From assembly GCA_051294375.1 (NCBI GenBank), contig CM119266.1, positions 10,786,674-10,850,673 of the forward strand: a stretch of 64,000 bases of DNA. Direction: 5' to 3'. The position numbers were made by a program, and so were the translations under genes. Below are positions 1-13,573 of the stretch, in pieces. Positions within the stretch are counted from its first letter, which is position 1, and every line of letters begins with the position of its first letter. The notes under the pieces were generated by a model that saw only the letters and a program-made list of their open reading frames with translations, was not told the DNA's origin and did no database searches. This DNA is from Paraspadella gotoi. Taxonomy: Eukaryota > Animalia > Chaetognatha.

Positions 1-329
1 GATTTCGTAGAAATATATTTTCTCCCTGCTACGGATCGCGCGGGGTGTTGCCGCGGAAAAGAGTGTGGTGGAAGAAAAAGGAAGAGGAGGAGGAGGAGGG
101 GACGTATTGGAACGAAGGATGGAATCATGGAATCATGGAATCAAGGAAGACAAAGGATTAGTTTACCGCGCGGCCGTCATTGGCCACTGGCCATTTACGT
201 TTTATTCTTATCCTTACAAAATCCGCATATATCTCATACTTGAGTTTTCCTATATGTCGATTTGTCTGTCTATCCGTCTCTCTCTCTCTCTCTCTCTCTC
301 TNNNNNNNNNNNNNNNNNNNNNNNNNAGA

Positions 330-3300
330 CGTTATAATAATGCCCACGAATTTTCGCATACTTATTAGGTGGGTTTTTTTTTATTATAAATAATAAAATA
401 AAGGAGAGAAAAGGGAAAAAGGGGAAAGGGAAGAGGAAAAAAAATAATTTTTTCATAATTAGCAAGAAATTTATAATATAACTCACTGTCTTCCCCAACA
501 TTATTTAATGAATAAGAAAAATTATCATGCTGTGTCCGCGTATCAAAAAAAGCATCGAAGATGTGGTTGGCAAATTATGAAGCTATGGTTTGATATAATA
601 AACTATTAACAATTTATTCTTAATACATTTTCTCACTTAAGTTGATTATAAGAAAGAAGAAATCGGCTATTAGGCATTTATGACGGATTTTAATAATTAA
701 ATCTAGTCGGCGCTCGATATATCAGATGAATGTACCTGCCTTCTTAAACCACGTGTTATTGTTGTCTTTAAGTATTATGTCCACGTCTCACCAATATATG
801 AAAGATGTTATAAAGATGTATGACGAGGTATACAGTCTTATGAATCTGATGAAGAGGAAATAAAGAAAGAAAAAAAAAGCAAGGCGCAGAATGACTGCTA
901 GGAATAGATAAAGCCAAGCCAGACGTGGCATAGCCCATACTGTAATGTCTACGTGTGTAATATGCAGGGCACACCAGTAGGCCATCCGTGTTTGCTTATG
1001 CATGGTGTTTGAGACGAGTTATATTGACGTCCCAGGAAGAATGTTCGTAGACGGCTGGAGAAGGCGTTGACGGGGGGAGAGAACTGTCATCTTCAAACGA
1101 ACGACAGCCCCGTCACGTCTTTTTCGCTGGGCAAGCAGCGTCGAGTGAGGTCAAGGGTAGCGGGCGTAGCGGGGGGCGGGGTGTTGGAGTGCCTTCGCGA
1201 AAACAAGCGATAAGCCCGGTATTATTTTTCGATCCCCCCGCATTCAAAAAGGCCGGGGGCGGGATGTTAGCGATTATAGGGTCGGGGAATGGGGATTGGG
1301 ATTTGGGATGGGTCATTTTTTTTCTCCGAGGATTGAAATTCTGAAATTTATCGAACGAGAGCGAATGCAAGTACAAGGAAGCGCCTAGATCGAGGTTAGT
1401 AAAACGAAGGTCTGTCATGACCGTCAGAGAGTGTACGAGAACTGAATGTGAATACTTGATTGATGGTAAATTATAGAAACATTAAAACGACGACAGTCGA
1501 CGATAACGACGCACGAAAATGACGAAGATATCCCGCTAATCACTTGTGAATCAGATGAAAGAAATCACGTTCGTCCAATGCGTCAAACCTTCGACACCAA
1601 ATGACGCTCAACTCACTTCTCTCTCGTCTCTCTCCTCTCTCTCTCTCTCTCCTCTCTCTCTCTCCTCTCTCTCTCTCTCTTTCGTCCGATGGGACGGCGA
1701 TGTTTTTTGTCTGTCAATAAAAAGAAATTAATCACCAGAAGGCGATTTTTATGATGGATGACTTCTGGTTTCTCGCCGCCGCGACGCCGCGCCACCTCCG
1801 CCGCCGCTGCCTCCGTCGCCGCGGCGGAGCGGCGCAGCGTCGGCGCCTCCCGACCGTGGATCCTAAGGCGACTGGACCGAAGAGGGTGAGTCGAACGACC
1901 TTGAGGTAAGGTCTTCGGAGCGGAAAACCAGAACGAAAGAAAAAGAGAAGGAAAAGAAAGAAAAAAAAACAAAGAAAGAAAGAAATGGGCGCATATGCGT
2001 TGAAGAAATATTGAAAAGAGAAAAAAAAAATGGTTCGACGACCGTAGAAAACAAAGTCAAAGACGCGATTCTTTCAAGATAAGACGTTTTTAAAAGTTCA
2101 TTAATGACTCGATTTTTCTTATTGACGTTTATCTCTCAAAGAGAAGAAAACTACTTGCAGCACAAGCAGATGTCGATGAACCGAATGAATCTTGAACTTT
2201 TAAAACGACAACAACAACGACAATAAACAAAACAAAAAAAGATATCTTCTCGAAAATAATGGGGAAGACTGTGTCGATTGGTTTTTATCCTCAGTACGAA
2301 GAGGTCAATGACCGCTCGGCCTTTCTTCTTCCTCTTGACGAGTCACATCCTCGCATTAAAGGACTTCACCATCCGGCAATATTTGCCATTTCTTTGCCAT
2401 TTCCCATCTGTTTCCTCCTCTGCCCTTTTACCTTCTACTACCCTAACGCCATCTAGGACGCTTTTTTCGGTCACTCGGCTCGTTGCGCCCTCTCGATCCA
2501 TCGATCACCCGTGTTTCCGGTGTTTGAGCGCGACGACGACGACGACGAAAACGACGACGACGCCTCCGACTCCGTTCACCGTGAAGACGTGGAGCGTCTC
2601 CTCGCGCGTCGTTTGCTTCGGACGCGGTCCATTGGACGGCGTCACGGTCGTTGATCCGTCGACGGTAGCGCTTCTTCTTTTCGAGTCTCCACGCCCACTT
2701 CCCAAAAGGATTTTTATCAATTGTTTTTATTTGTTTCTATTTACCATTTTTCTATTAGCTACATTGTATTTATTCGTCACAATATTTTCGGGTGAAACAG
2801 GAGACATCGACTGGGTGAACGCATGAACAGCGGGCCGATGGGCGATCAAAGTGAATCCATATTTGTAATCACATTCTCACAAAACACTTCACCGCCCACT
2901 CGCTCTAATTACACCACCACCAACCACCAACCACCCCCGTAACACCTTAGCCATCTATCGGCGATGAACCGCGACGTTAAATCGTTCGAACTCGAGGGAC
3001 GACGTCCCGAGCGAGAAGCGGACGTTTGAAAAAGGGGACGATTCAAAGAGGAAAAATTGAGAAGCGGACGAAAAAGCGTACAGTCAAAAAAAGGTTCTTA
3101 AAATGATAAGATCTAATGGAAAGTTGAAAAAAAAAGTGTAAAATGGAAAAAAGGTTTTTTAAAACGCTCGAAACCAGACACATGGACATTGGACATTGGA
3201 CAATGAAATTGCCACACAAAAAACGTCAAAAGCCTGAAACAAAAGCTGGACTGGTGGCAAAACTGACAGTTCAATCGCCTGAGTGAAACCATACCTCGCA

Positions 3301-3648
3301 TTCTAGCCTTTTTGACGCATATTTTTTTTTTTTCAAAATGGAAATACTTCCTAAGATCCGCCTTCACTCCCAACCAGAGCCCCTCTTCTCTCCCCCTCTC
3401 GCTCCCCTCTCCCTCTTCCCCGTGCTTTTTCCCGTTAATCGTCGGCTATCTGACCGCCGCGGACCCCTTGACAAGCGGCTATATTAACAGCTTGTTGAGC
3501 GATATTTTTGCGTAGCGGAGAGAGAGAGAGACGAGAGAGAGAGATGAGGAAGGAGAGAGAGGAGAGAGAGAGAGAAGGCTTAGCATNNNNNNNNNNNNNN
3601 NNNNNNNNNNNNNNNNNNNNNNNNNNNNNNNNNNNNNNNNNNNNNNNN

Positions 3649-3683
<35 letters not shown>

Positions 3684-4608
3684 TGCACCCATATGGAAAG
3701 ACGTTCGGAACACGCGGCTGTATCTTTTTTCAATCACGCACCATAAATCATAAACGCCAGCGTCTCTTTTTGCTGTGACTCTTTTGTGTCACGAAAAGAA
3801 GAAGAAAAAAAAACACCGTTCCTCTTTTTCGGTCAAACCAACATTTTTTTCTTCTCTTTTCTCGGAAATTACGTCGGTCGGTGACAGAAACGAAACGAGA
3901 ACGAGACAAATGGCGAATGCAATTTCACCGAAAAAAGTCAAAANNNNNNNNNNNNNNNNNNNNNNNNNNNNNNNNNNNNNNNNNNNNNNNNNNNNNNNNN
4001 NNNNNNNNNNNNNNNNNNNNNNNNNNNNNNNNNNNNNNNNNNNNNNNNNNNNNNNNNNNNTGGAAGAGGGGACGAGAAAGAGAAGGATAGATTGTGCGAA
4101 TGTAAAGGTATGTAAAGGAAAATCAATTATAAAAGTGTGAGGAGATTGATATAAAAGTGATAAATTTATTCGGAAGGTGGTAAGATATGTTTTAAGAACG
4201 AAGATAGGAAAGGTAAATAAAAATGAAGGAACTTTAACGCAGAGGTTACTCTGGAAGATAAACTGCTCAGGATGAACCGAACTGACTGCTGAGGAAGTTT
4301 GCGCAAAAATAGTAAAAAGTCAACGGTGAGGACAGAAGAGTGAAAAAAAAAGAGTTTAAAAAAAGGGATAACACGTGTAAAGCGAAGTAAACGAGGTTGG
4401 GTTGGGTGGCAAAAGAGAGGGCGCTCGTAGAGGGAGTCGACATAGAGAGGGCGCGGCCATAATTGAGGCGATATGGCGCCACGCTCGAATGCGATTTTTC
4501 TTCTCTCGTCCGCCGAAGGATTTCTTGATTATCACCTCGAGGAATGACGTCAAATAGAAGAAGAGAAGGAAAAGGGAATAAGAGAGAGAAGACATAAAAG
4601 AGAAGAGA

Positions 4609-4643
<35 letters not shown>

Positions 4644-6573
4644 NNNNNNNNNNNNNNNNNNNNNNNNNGACGCATATTTTTTTTTTTTCAAAATGGAAAT
4701 ACTTCCTAAGATCCGCCTTCACTCCCAACCAGAGCCCCTCTTCTCTCCCCCTCTCGCTCCCCTCTCCCTCTTCCCCGTGCTTTTTCCCGTTAATCGTCGG
4801 CTATCTGACCGCCGCGGACCCCTTGACAAGCGGCTATATTAACAGCTTGTTGAGCGATATTTTTGCGTAGCGGAGAGAGAGAGAGACGAGAGAGAGAGAT
4901 GAGGAAGGAGAGAGAGGAGAGAGAGAGAGAAGGCTTAGCATTGCGAGGTATGGTTTCACTCAGGCGATTGAACTGTCAGTTTTGCCCAGCTTTGTTTCAG
5001 CTTTTCGACGTTTTTTGTGGTCCACATGTCCAATGTCATGTGTCCGTTTCGAGCGTTTAAAAACCTTTTTTTCCATTCTTCACTTTTTTTTCAACTTTCA
5101 TAGAGTCTTCATTTTATAGAACCTTTTTTTTAGACTGTTCGCTTTTTTCGTCCGCTTTCTTCAATGTTTCCGATTTGTGCATCGTCCCCTTGTTCAAACG
5201 TGTCGCTTCTCGCTCGGTCATCTGCGGACGTGCGTCCCGCCGAGTTCGAACGAGGATTTAACGTTCCGCTCTGAGTTCATCGTCCGTATAGATGGCATAG
5301 TGTTACGGGGAGTGGCTTGCGTGGTGGAGGTCGATCTATAATTAGAAGACGGAGTGGGCGGTGAAGTGTTTTGTTGAGATAGTGATTACAAATATTGATT
5401 CACTTTTGATCGCCCATCGGCCCGCTGTTCATGGCGCAACCCGTCGATGTCTCCAGGTTCACCGACAATTATTGCGACGATAAATACAATGCAGCTCTTA
5501 GAAAATGATAAATAGAAACAAAATAAAAACAATTGATAAAAATCCTTTGGAGGTCGGCGTGGACACTCGAAAAGAAGAAGCGCTACCGTCACGATCACAC
5601 GACCGTGACGACCGATTCCAATGACGCGTCCGAGCAAACGACGCGCGAGGGAGACGCTCCACGTCTTCATCGGTGAACGGATATCGGAGGCGTCGTTCGT
5701 CGTTTCGTCGTCGTCGGTCAGTCGGTCGTCGTCGTGCTCAAACCCGGAACACGGGTGATCGATGGAATCGAGAGGGCGCAACGAGCAGTGACGACAAGCG
5801 CGTCTTAGATGGGGTTGGGTAGTGAAGTAAAAAGAGGCAGAGGAGCGAACAGAGGAATGGCAAGAAATGGCAAATATTGCCGGATGTTGAAAGTCCTTTA
5901 ATGCGAGGATGTGACTCGTCAAAGAGGTAAGAAGGAAAGGCCGAGACGGTCATTGAACTGCTTCGTTAGCTTGAGGATAAAAACAATCGACACTGTCTTT
6001 CCCATTCTTCGAGAAGATATCTTTGTTGTTTTGTTTATTGTCGTGTTGTTGTCGCTTTTAAAAGTGTTCAAGATTCATTCTGTTCATCGACATCTGCGTT
6101 GTGCTGCAAGTAGTTTCTTCTCTTTGAGAGATAAACGTCATAAGAAAAATCGATCATTAATGACTTAAAACGTCTTATCTTGAGAAGATTGCGCTACTTT
6201 GTTTTCATACTGACGTCGACCTTTTTTTTTTTCTCTTTCATATTCATGCAACGCAATATGCGCCCATTTCTTTTCTCCTTTGTTTTTTTTTTCTTTTCTT
6301 TTTCTTTTCTTTTTCTTTCTGTTCTGGTTTTTCGCTCCGAAGACCATACCTCAGGTCGTTCGATCTCACCCTCTTCGGTCAGTGCCTTAGGATCCACGTC
6401 GGGAGGCGCGACGCTTGGCGCCGCTCGCCGCGGCGACGGAGGCATGCGGCGGCAGGATGTGGCGCGGCGTCGCGGCGGCGAGGAACCAGAAGTCATCCAT
6501 CATAAAATCGCTGTCTGGTGATTAATCTGGGTTATGACAGACAAAAACATCGCTGCCCTTCGGCCGAAAGAGA

Positions 6574-6614
<41 letters not shown>

Positions 6615-7337
6615 GACGTCATTTGGTGTCGAAGGTTGACCAAATGACGAACTGATTCTTTCATTTTGATTCACAAGTGATTAGCGGGTCATCTTCGTCA
6701 TCTTCGTCGTCGTTATCGTCGACGTCGTCGTTTTATTGTTTCTATATTTACCTCAATTCAGTATTCACATCTCAGTCTCTCACTCTCACGGTCATCAGAC
6801 TTCGTTCACAACCTCGCTCTTCCTTCTTGTACTTCATTCGCTTCTCGTCGATAATTTCAGAGATTTAATCTCGGCGAAAAAAAAGTGACCCTATCTCAAA
6901 TCCCCAATCCCCATTCCCCGACCCTATAATCGCTAATCCTCGCCCCCGGCCGCTTTTGAAGGCGGGGTCGATATAGGGCTTCGCTTTCCGAAGCCCTACC
7001 AAACCCCGCCCCCCTACTTGACCCTCACCTCGACGCTGCTGCCGCGAAAAAGAGGCGTGAGGGGCTTCGTTCGTTGAAGACTCGCCGTCACCCTCGTACG
7101 AAACTTACCAAAAGGGGCCTTACTGTCGCCCTGCACTACCCGTCATACTCAAAGTTTGTTATACTTAAAGAAAAAGTATTAATTAATATATGTTTATACA
7201 ATGCTTATATTTGCCACTGATTTTTGATCGGACTAATTCTTATTCATAATATGAACCGATTTATATTAATTTCTGGCTAATTTTGAATATTTTCTTTATT
7301 TATTTATAACAACCTTATCAAGTGGGCATTATTATAA
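330..7337. repeat. Inverted duplication: 330-3300 vs 4942-7337
   Basis: 4942 tgcgaggtatggtttcactcaggcg is the reverse complement of 3276-3300. Homology continues to gtgggcattattataa (7322-7337), matching 335-350. The second copy loses progressively more bases with distance. Confidence 0.95.
3314..4941 (+). repeat. Identical 273-bp direct repeat (3314-3586 and 4669-4941)
   Basis: Both copies run gacgcatatt...aggcttagcat. Each abuts an N gap, consistent with a duplicated contig. Confidence 0.95.
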
Positions 7338-8304
7338 ATAATCCAGTCCGTTATTTTTCAAATATAACAAGCCGTAATTATTGACACAGATATCCTCTTC
7401 CCTGTCTTTTCATTACTCGGCGTTCGCCAATCTTTTTTTAAACCCCCACTCCTCCAAGTCGGCGTCGGTCTTCCTCTCGGCAAATATCTTTCCCGCCCGA
7501 ATCTCGATTTACTGATCTTTATAGTCGATCTTTATTCAACGGGTTTGACCTTGCGAGATTCGCTTCCCTTTTANNNNNNNNNNNNNNNNNNNNNNNNNNN
7601 NNNNNNNNNNNNNNNNNNNNNNNNNNNNNNNNNNNNNNNNNNNNNNNNNNNNNNNNNNNNNNNNNNNNNNNNNNNNNNNNNNNNNNNNNNNNNNNNNNNN
7701 NNNNNNNNNNNNNNNNNNNNNNNNNNNNNNNNNNNNNNNNNNNNNNNNNNNNNNNNNNNNNNNNNNNNNNNNNNNNNNNNNNNNNNNNNNNNNNNNNNNN
7801 NNNNNNNNNNNNNNNNNNNNNNNNNNNNNNNNNNNNNNNNNNNNNNNNNNNNNNNNNNNNNNNNNNNNNNNNNNNNNNNNNNNNNNNNNNNNNNNNNNNN
7901 NNNNNNNNNNNNNNNNNNNNNNNNNNNNNNNNNNNNNNNNNNNNNNNNNNNNNNNNNNNNNNNNNNNNNNNNNNNNNNNNNNNNNNNNNNNNNNNNNNNN
8001 NNNNNNNNNNNNNNNNNNNNNNNNNNNNNNNNNNNNNNNNNNNNNNNNNNNNNNNNNNNNNNNNNNNNNNNNNNNNNNNNNNNNNNNNNNNNNNNNNNNN
8101 NNNNNNNNNNNNNNNNNNNNNNNNNGGTAGGGAGGAGGGAGAGAACTGAGTTAAACATTCTCCATCATTTCTTTTTTTTTTCTTCTTTTTCCTTCTTTTT
8201 CTCTCTAATCTGAATTTCCTTTTTTTTAAATCCGATTTTTCAAACTCACACCTGATTTTCCTCATTAATTATCCTCCCTTCTCGTTTACCATTCTACAAT
8301 GTCT

Positions 8305-8313
8305 CTTTCTTTT

Positions 8314-8401
<88 letters not shown>

Positions 8402-8402
8402 A
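8305..8402 (+). repeat. (TTTC)n microsatellite
   Basis: Near-perfect tetranucleotide run. Confidence 0.97.
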
Positions 8403-8632
8403 AATTCTTAAATTATTTCTTTCTTTCTTTCGTTTTCTCATTCAACAATGCAAAATTTTTTTATTATCAAATTTGGTTTTTATTTTAAAACTTTTTTTTG
8501 AGACATAGAAACTTTCATAATCCTATTTCAACACATAAAGATGGATACCCACAGTGTGGTCCCACAAGTACACAAACAAATACCTTTTTATTTTCCCCGC
8601 ATCTGGGCTCAACGATGGCAAAACGCCATCTC

Positions 8633-8707
<75 letters not shown>

Positions 8708-9151
8708 CGTCGCGCACACAATCGTTTTCTTGTTTTGAAATTTGAATTTTCTCGCTCTCGCGTGTTTTTGTGACGACGCGTCTTTCGACTGACGAAGACA
8801 AATAACTCTCTCTCTCTCTCTTCCGTTTGGTACAGCGTCATCCTATAGGCATCCCTGTCGTCAAAGGGCGCCAAACGCGAAAACACTCGCTCTCTGTCTC
8901 GCTTTCTGTCTCGGCTGTTTTGTCTTCCTCTCTCTCTCACTCTTTTTCATCTTTCCCGGCCCTCAAATCTTATGGACGTCCCTGTGAGAGAGAAANNNNN
9001 NNNNNNNNNNNNNNNNNNNNNNNNNNNNNNNNNNNNNNNNNNNNNNNNNNNNNNNNNNNNNNNNNNNNNNNNNNNNNNNNNNNNNNNNNNNNNNNNNNNN
9101 NNNNNNNNNNNNNNNNNNNNNNNNNNNNNNNNNNNNNNNNNNNNNNNNNNN

Positions 9152-9182
<31 letters not shown>

Positions 9183-9624
9183 AAGAAAAGAAAGAGATAT
9201 AGAGTAAAAAAAAAAGAAAGAAAAAAATAGACAAAGATCGCAGAAAGAAACGTATATGTGGAGGCGGCCATCTTGAAAATGCGTGGCGACATCTATCGCC
9301 ATCTACGTCAAGCTCCCTTCGTTTTCGTCGTCGTTCTCGTTTGGAGACGAGAATAGCGAGAAGATTGAATTCTCTCCTTTGACGAAAACCTCATCTCATG
9401 GTTGAACTGAATTCTTAAAAAAAAAGGAGAGAATTTTAGTTCGTAAGATGGCAAGCGAGGAAGAGAGAGAGAGAGAGANNNNNNNNNNNNNNNNNNNNNN
9501 NNNNNNNNNNNNNNNNNNNNNNNNNNNNNNNNNNNNNNNNNNNNNNNNNNNNNNNNNNNNNNNNNNNNNNNNNNNNNNNNNNNNNNNNNNNNNNNNNNNN
9601 NNNNNNNNNNNNNNNNNNNNNNNN

Positions 9625-9660
<36 letters not shown>

Positions 9661-10504
9661 AACAGACATTCAGACTCCTGCAGGCTGATAGTGTGTCACT
9701 GAGATAGAAAGACATACGGAGACAGAAACAGCGAACTTTGTTGGAAGGAGGAAAAAAAAGAAAAAAAAAGAAAAATGAAAAGAAAAGAAGTAATTGGAGA
9801 TTCCTCCGCGATCGATTTCATCCTTACTTTCAAACGACCGACCGAAAGAAATGAGAAAAAAAAGATAGAATTTCCGCTTCTAAAATGAACCGCGTAGAAA
9901 ATATAGAAAAAAACCTTTAATGATGTTCTCAACCGCCAGAGGCGACACCGACGTCTGTCGCTTCCCTCATCCACTCTCTCTCTATCGCTTCCTATACTCA
10001 TTATTTGATATCTCTATTTTCGTGGCTTTAGTCTACGTTATGATTAAATTCTCTTTTCTTTAACTAAATATATGCTCTAGGCCTTCTTATTTTTATTTAC
10101 CAAATCTTTTTGATGTTTCCATTAACAATTTCTCTTTCCGAATCTGATATAATATCACGCCCCTAAAGGCTTCTTTTTCAAAAATATTCCAATTCATATT
10201 TTCAATTTGAATACAAAGCGTTAAATAAATCTATATTTTATACACCTTTTCTCAAAAATCTTCTTACAAACCGTCGTCGATTTGACTCAGTTCAGTCTGC
10301 CCCTAAGCTTTGATTCCCCCCTCCGTCCAATACACCCCTATATTCTCCCCCTTCTATCATATCCCTTTTATCACTTATGCCATCTATCATCTCTCCCATT
10401 TTATCAGCTCCCTCCGATGGTCGACGAAATGGTAAAGAAACGAATTAAGATTCGCGATAAATGGAGTCGAAAAATGTTTTGGCGCCTTTTCACTTTTCAT
10501 CGAG

Positions 10505-10950
<446 letters not shown>

Positions 10951-11489
10951 GACGCGTCCTAACACCCGGAAAAAATGTCGGCGCGCGGAAAAAGATAGAG
11001 AAGGAAAAAAAAGAGAGAAAGAGAATTTCTTCAATTTACTTTTTTTCCGCTTGGCGGCGCTACGTGAATGGCGGCTCAGCGACTACGATAACGACGACGA
11101 CGACGACGACGACGGGGAATCCAGGAGCGAATTTCGTTAAAAGAAGTTAAAAGAAAAAAAAAACCGTCTAAGATATAAACTCGGGTGGCGCCGTCAACTT
11201 CGACTCGTCTCCATTAAAGTTTTTTTTTTCTTCTTTTTAAACGCGAATTAATGATTCGTCGCTCGCTTATATTTTTACACTTAAGGCGCCAACCGACGCC
11301 TCGACGTATGAAAACCGGCGCCGGTTTCGCCGCTTTTTTGTAATCTCATATTTTTTTGATGATCGGCGTTGTTCCGTTATTTTTTATCGGCGCCGACGGT
11401 GGTGAGAAAGGGCGTCGAGGGCGCCGCTCTCGATTTTTTCTCGTTACAGAAGACGTAGAGAGGGATGATGAATTGATGATGATGAAAAT

Positions 11490-11575
11490 TTTGATGACAA
11501 GTTTGATGGCAATATTGATGGCAATTTTGATGACAATATTGATGGCAATATTGATAACAAGATTGATGACAATGA
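11490..11575 (+). repeat. 12-bp tandem repeat (TTGATGRCAATW), about 7 copies
   Basis: ttgatgacaagt ttgatggcaata ttgatggcaatt ttgatgacaata ... Confidence 0.9.
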
Positions 11576-12241
11576 GACAGGTTTTAATGTGAAAGACGAA
11601 GTCGATGCTCCCGATGCAATACTAATGAACAAAAAAACAATTAAAAATTCTAATAGTTAAAAGAATAACGATATTAACATTATAAGGCCACCTTGAGAAG
11701 CGCGCATATTAATTAATTAATTGATAAACGTAATTAAAATGGGGAGCAAAAACCATCGAGTCAATGGAAAATTCCAAGCAAAATTCCAAGCAAGATTGGC
11801 GACTTAAAAATCCAAGCAATAAATAAATAAATACGAACGAATATAAGTGAACCCGACGACACTGAAATAAAAATGTGAAAAGCGAAACCGTCAACGACAA
11901 AAAAAGAGAAAAACGACGACAACAGCGACGAAAAATATAATAACAACGACAATAGCGAGGTCGACGATGACAACGCCGCCGCTAAAGGCGCCGCTAACAA
12001 CGACGCCGCGGTGGACGACGACGACGAAGACGACGTCCGACGCCGAGATGATTTATCATCGCGAATATTCCAAAAATGGAACTCGAGTGCGGGAGTAGAA
12101 AGCCCGCGAGGCGGCGGCGGCGGACAGGGGAGGAAAGAAGCTCGGTCGCCGCGGCTGGCGCTGCCTCTGCTGTTGTTGTTGTGACGGTGATCATCGTCGA
12201 AGCGACGTTTATGGCGCTGGAGATGAAGAGAGGGCTCTTTC

Positions 12242-12273
<32 letters not shown>

Positions 12274-13444
12274 CGCCATCTTTTTTTTTTCTTTCGAGTT
12301 TCGCGGGCGGGTCGGAGATTATCATCCATAATTCGTTGGCGCGCTACTTTTGGTCACGCCCCTTTTTGCGGATCCGGAAGCGCCCCGTCGTGGGCCGCCC
12401 CCTGTCCCCCGTCCCCGACCCCCGTTTCCAAAAGAGGGCCAAACGCCGTGGCCTGTGCCCCCGGATTGCGATCTGCGCGAGGAGGGTTGTTGGGGGGGAG
12501 GGGGAGGGGGAGGGGCCTTTAGGGGGAGAGGGGATAGTAAGATGGGGGGACGGATAAGAAAAAGAAAGAGAGAGGAATTAAGAAATTTTTGAGAGATCAG
12601 GAGTAACTGGAGAGAGAAGAGACAGAGAAAGATATAGAAACAAAGAAAGAGAAAGAAAGAGAGAAAGAGTGGAGAGAGAGAAAGATAGAAAAAGAAAGAC
12701 GGATAGAAAAAGAGACGGTGTTAAAAAGAAATCCCCGGAATAACAAATGCCGTTATCAATCTTGAGGCTAAAATAAACATAATTCAGGCGACCCAAACGG
12801 CCTCTTCTGACGTCGGAATGAGCGATGAGTCCCGAAGAAGAAAAAAAAAAGGGAAAACGGGGNNNNNNNNNNNNNNNNNNNNNNNNNNNNNNNNNNNNNN
12901 NNNNNNNNNNNNNNNNNNNNNNNNNNNNNNNNNNNNNNNNNNNNNNNNNNNNNNNNNNNNNNNNNNNNNNNNNNNNNNNNNNNNNNNNNNNNNNNNNNNN
13001 NNNNNNNNNNNNNNNNNNNNNNNNNNTGGCGATGGAGGGAAAAAGTCGATATCGAAAGTATATTTTTGTTCGCGGATAAAAATCTGTGAAATTTGTTTTG
13101 GTTTTTATTGTGATGGAAAGAAATAGCTACACTCATCGATCTCACAATGGTTTTTTTTTGTGGTTTGATATTATTTCGGTACTGTGAATGAAGTTTAAAT
13201 TTTTTAAATCTATAGAATAGAACATATAGAATATATAGAATATATCCTTATGAAATTGGTACAACCAATATAAAAATTATCCATTCATTTAATAAATAAG
13301 CTATCTTGCCCCTGACTTTATATTATAGAATATATAGAATATCTCGAGAATCGAAGATCGAAGATCGTACCGACTAACGGTGAGCCTAATTATCTTATTG
13401 TTAATTGAAAGGATTTTTATCAATTAAAATTTGCGTGTACTTAC

Positions 13445-13573
13445 CTCTAACATAACGTTGCACACGTGGAAGATGCATTGGGTAATGGCTTCCGACGTTC
13501 CCGAAATTGTGACGGCGCGCTCGGTGGAATTCGGAAGCATCTCCGACGCGACTTGTATCGAGGCGCCGGTTAC
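13445..13573 (-). CDS. PCBP: PCBP/mub coding exon: second half of KH2
   Basis: ctccgtcgtcaag|VTGASIQVASEMLPNSTERAVTISGTSEAITQCIFHVCNVMLE|gtaagt. The exon is 129 bp (43 aa). MLPNSTERA is a PCBP hallmark, and IQVASEMLPNSTERAV matches the arthropod/mub form. Confidence 0.96.

Noticed and set aside
2278-2826. 182-aa ORF and its inverted counterpart 5386-5922
   Set aside because: It has no recognisable motif, contains a (GAC)n repeat, and the two copies do not preserve a common frame.
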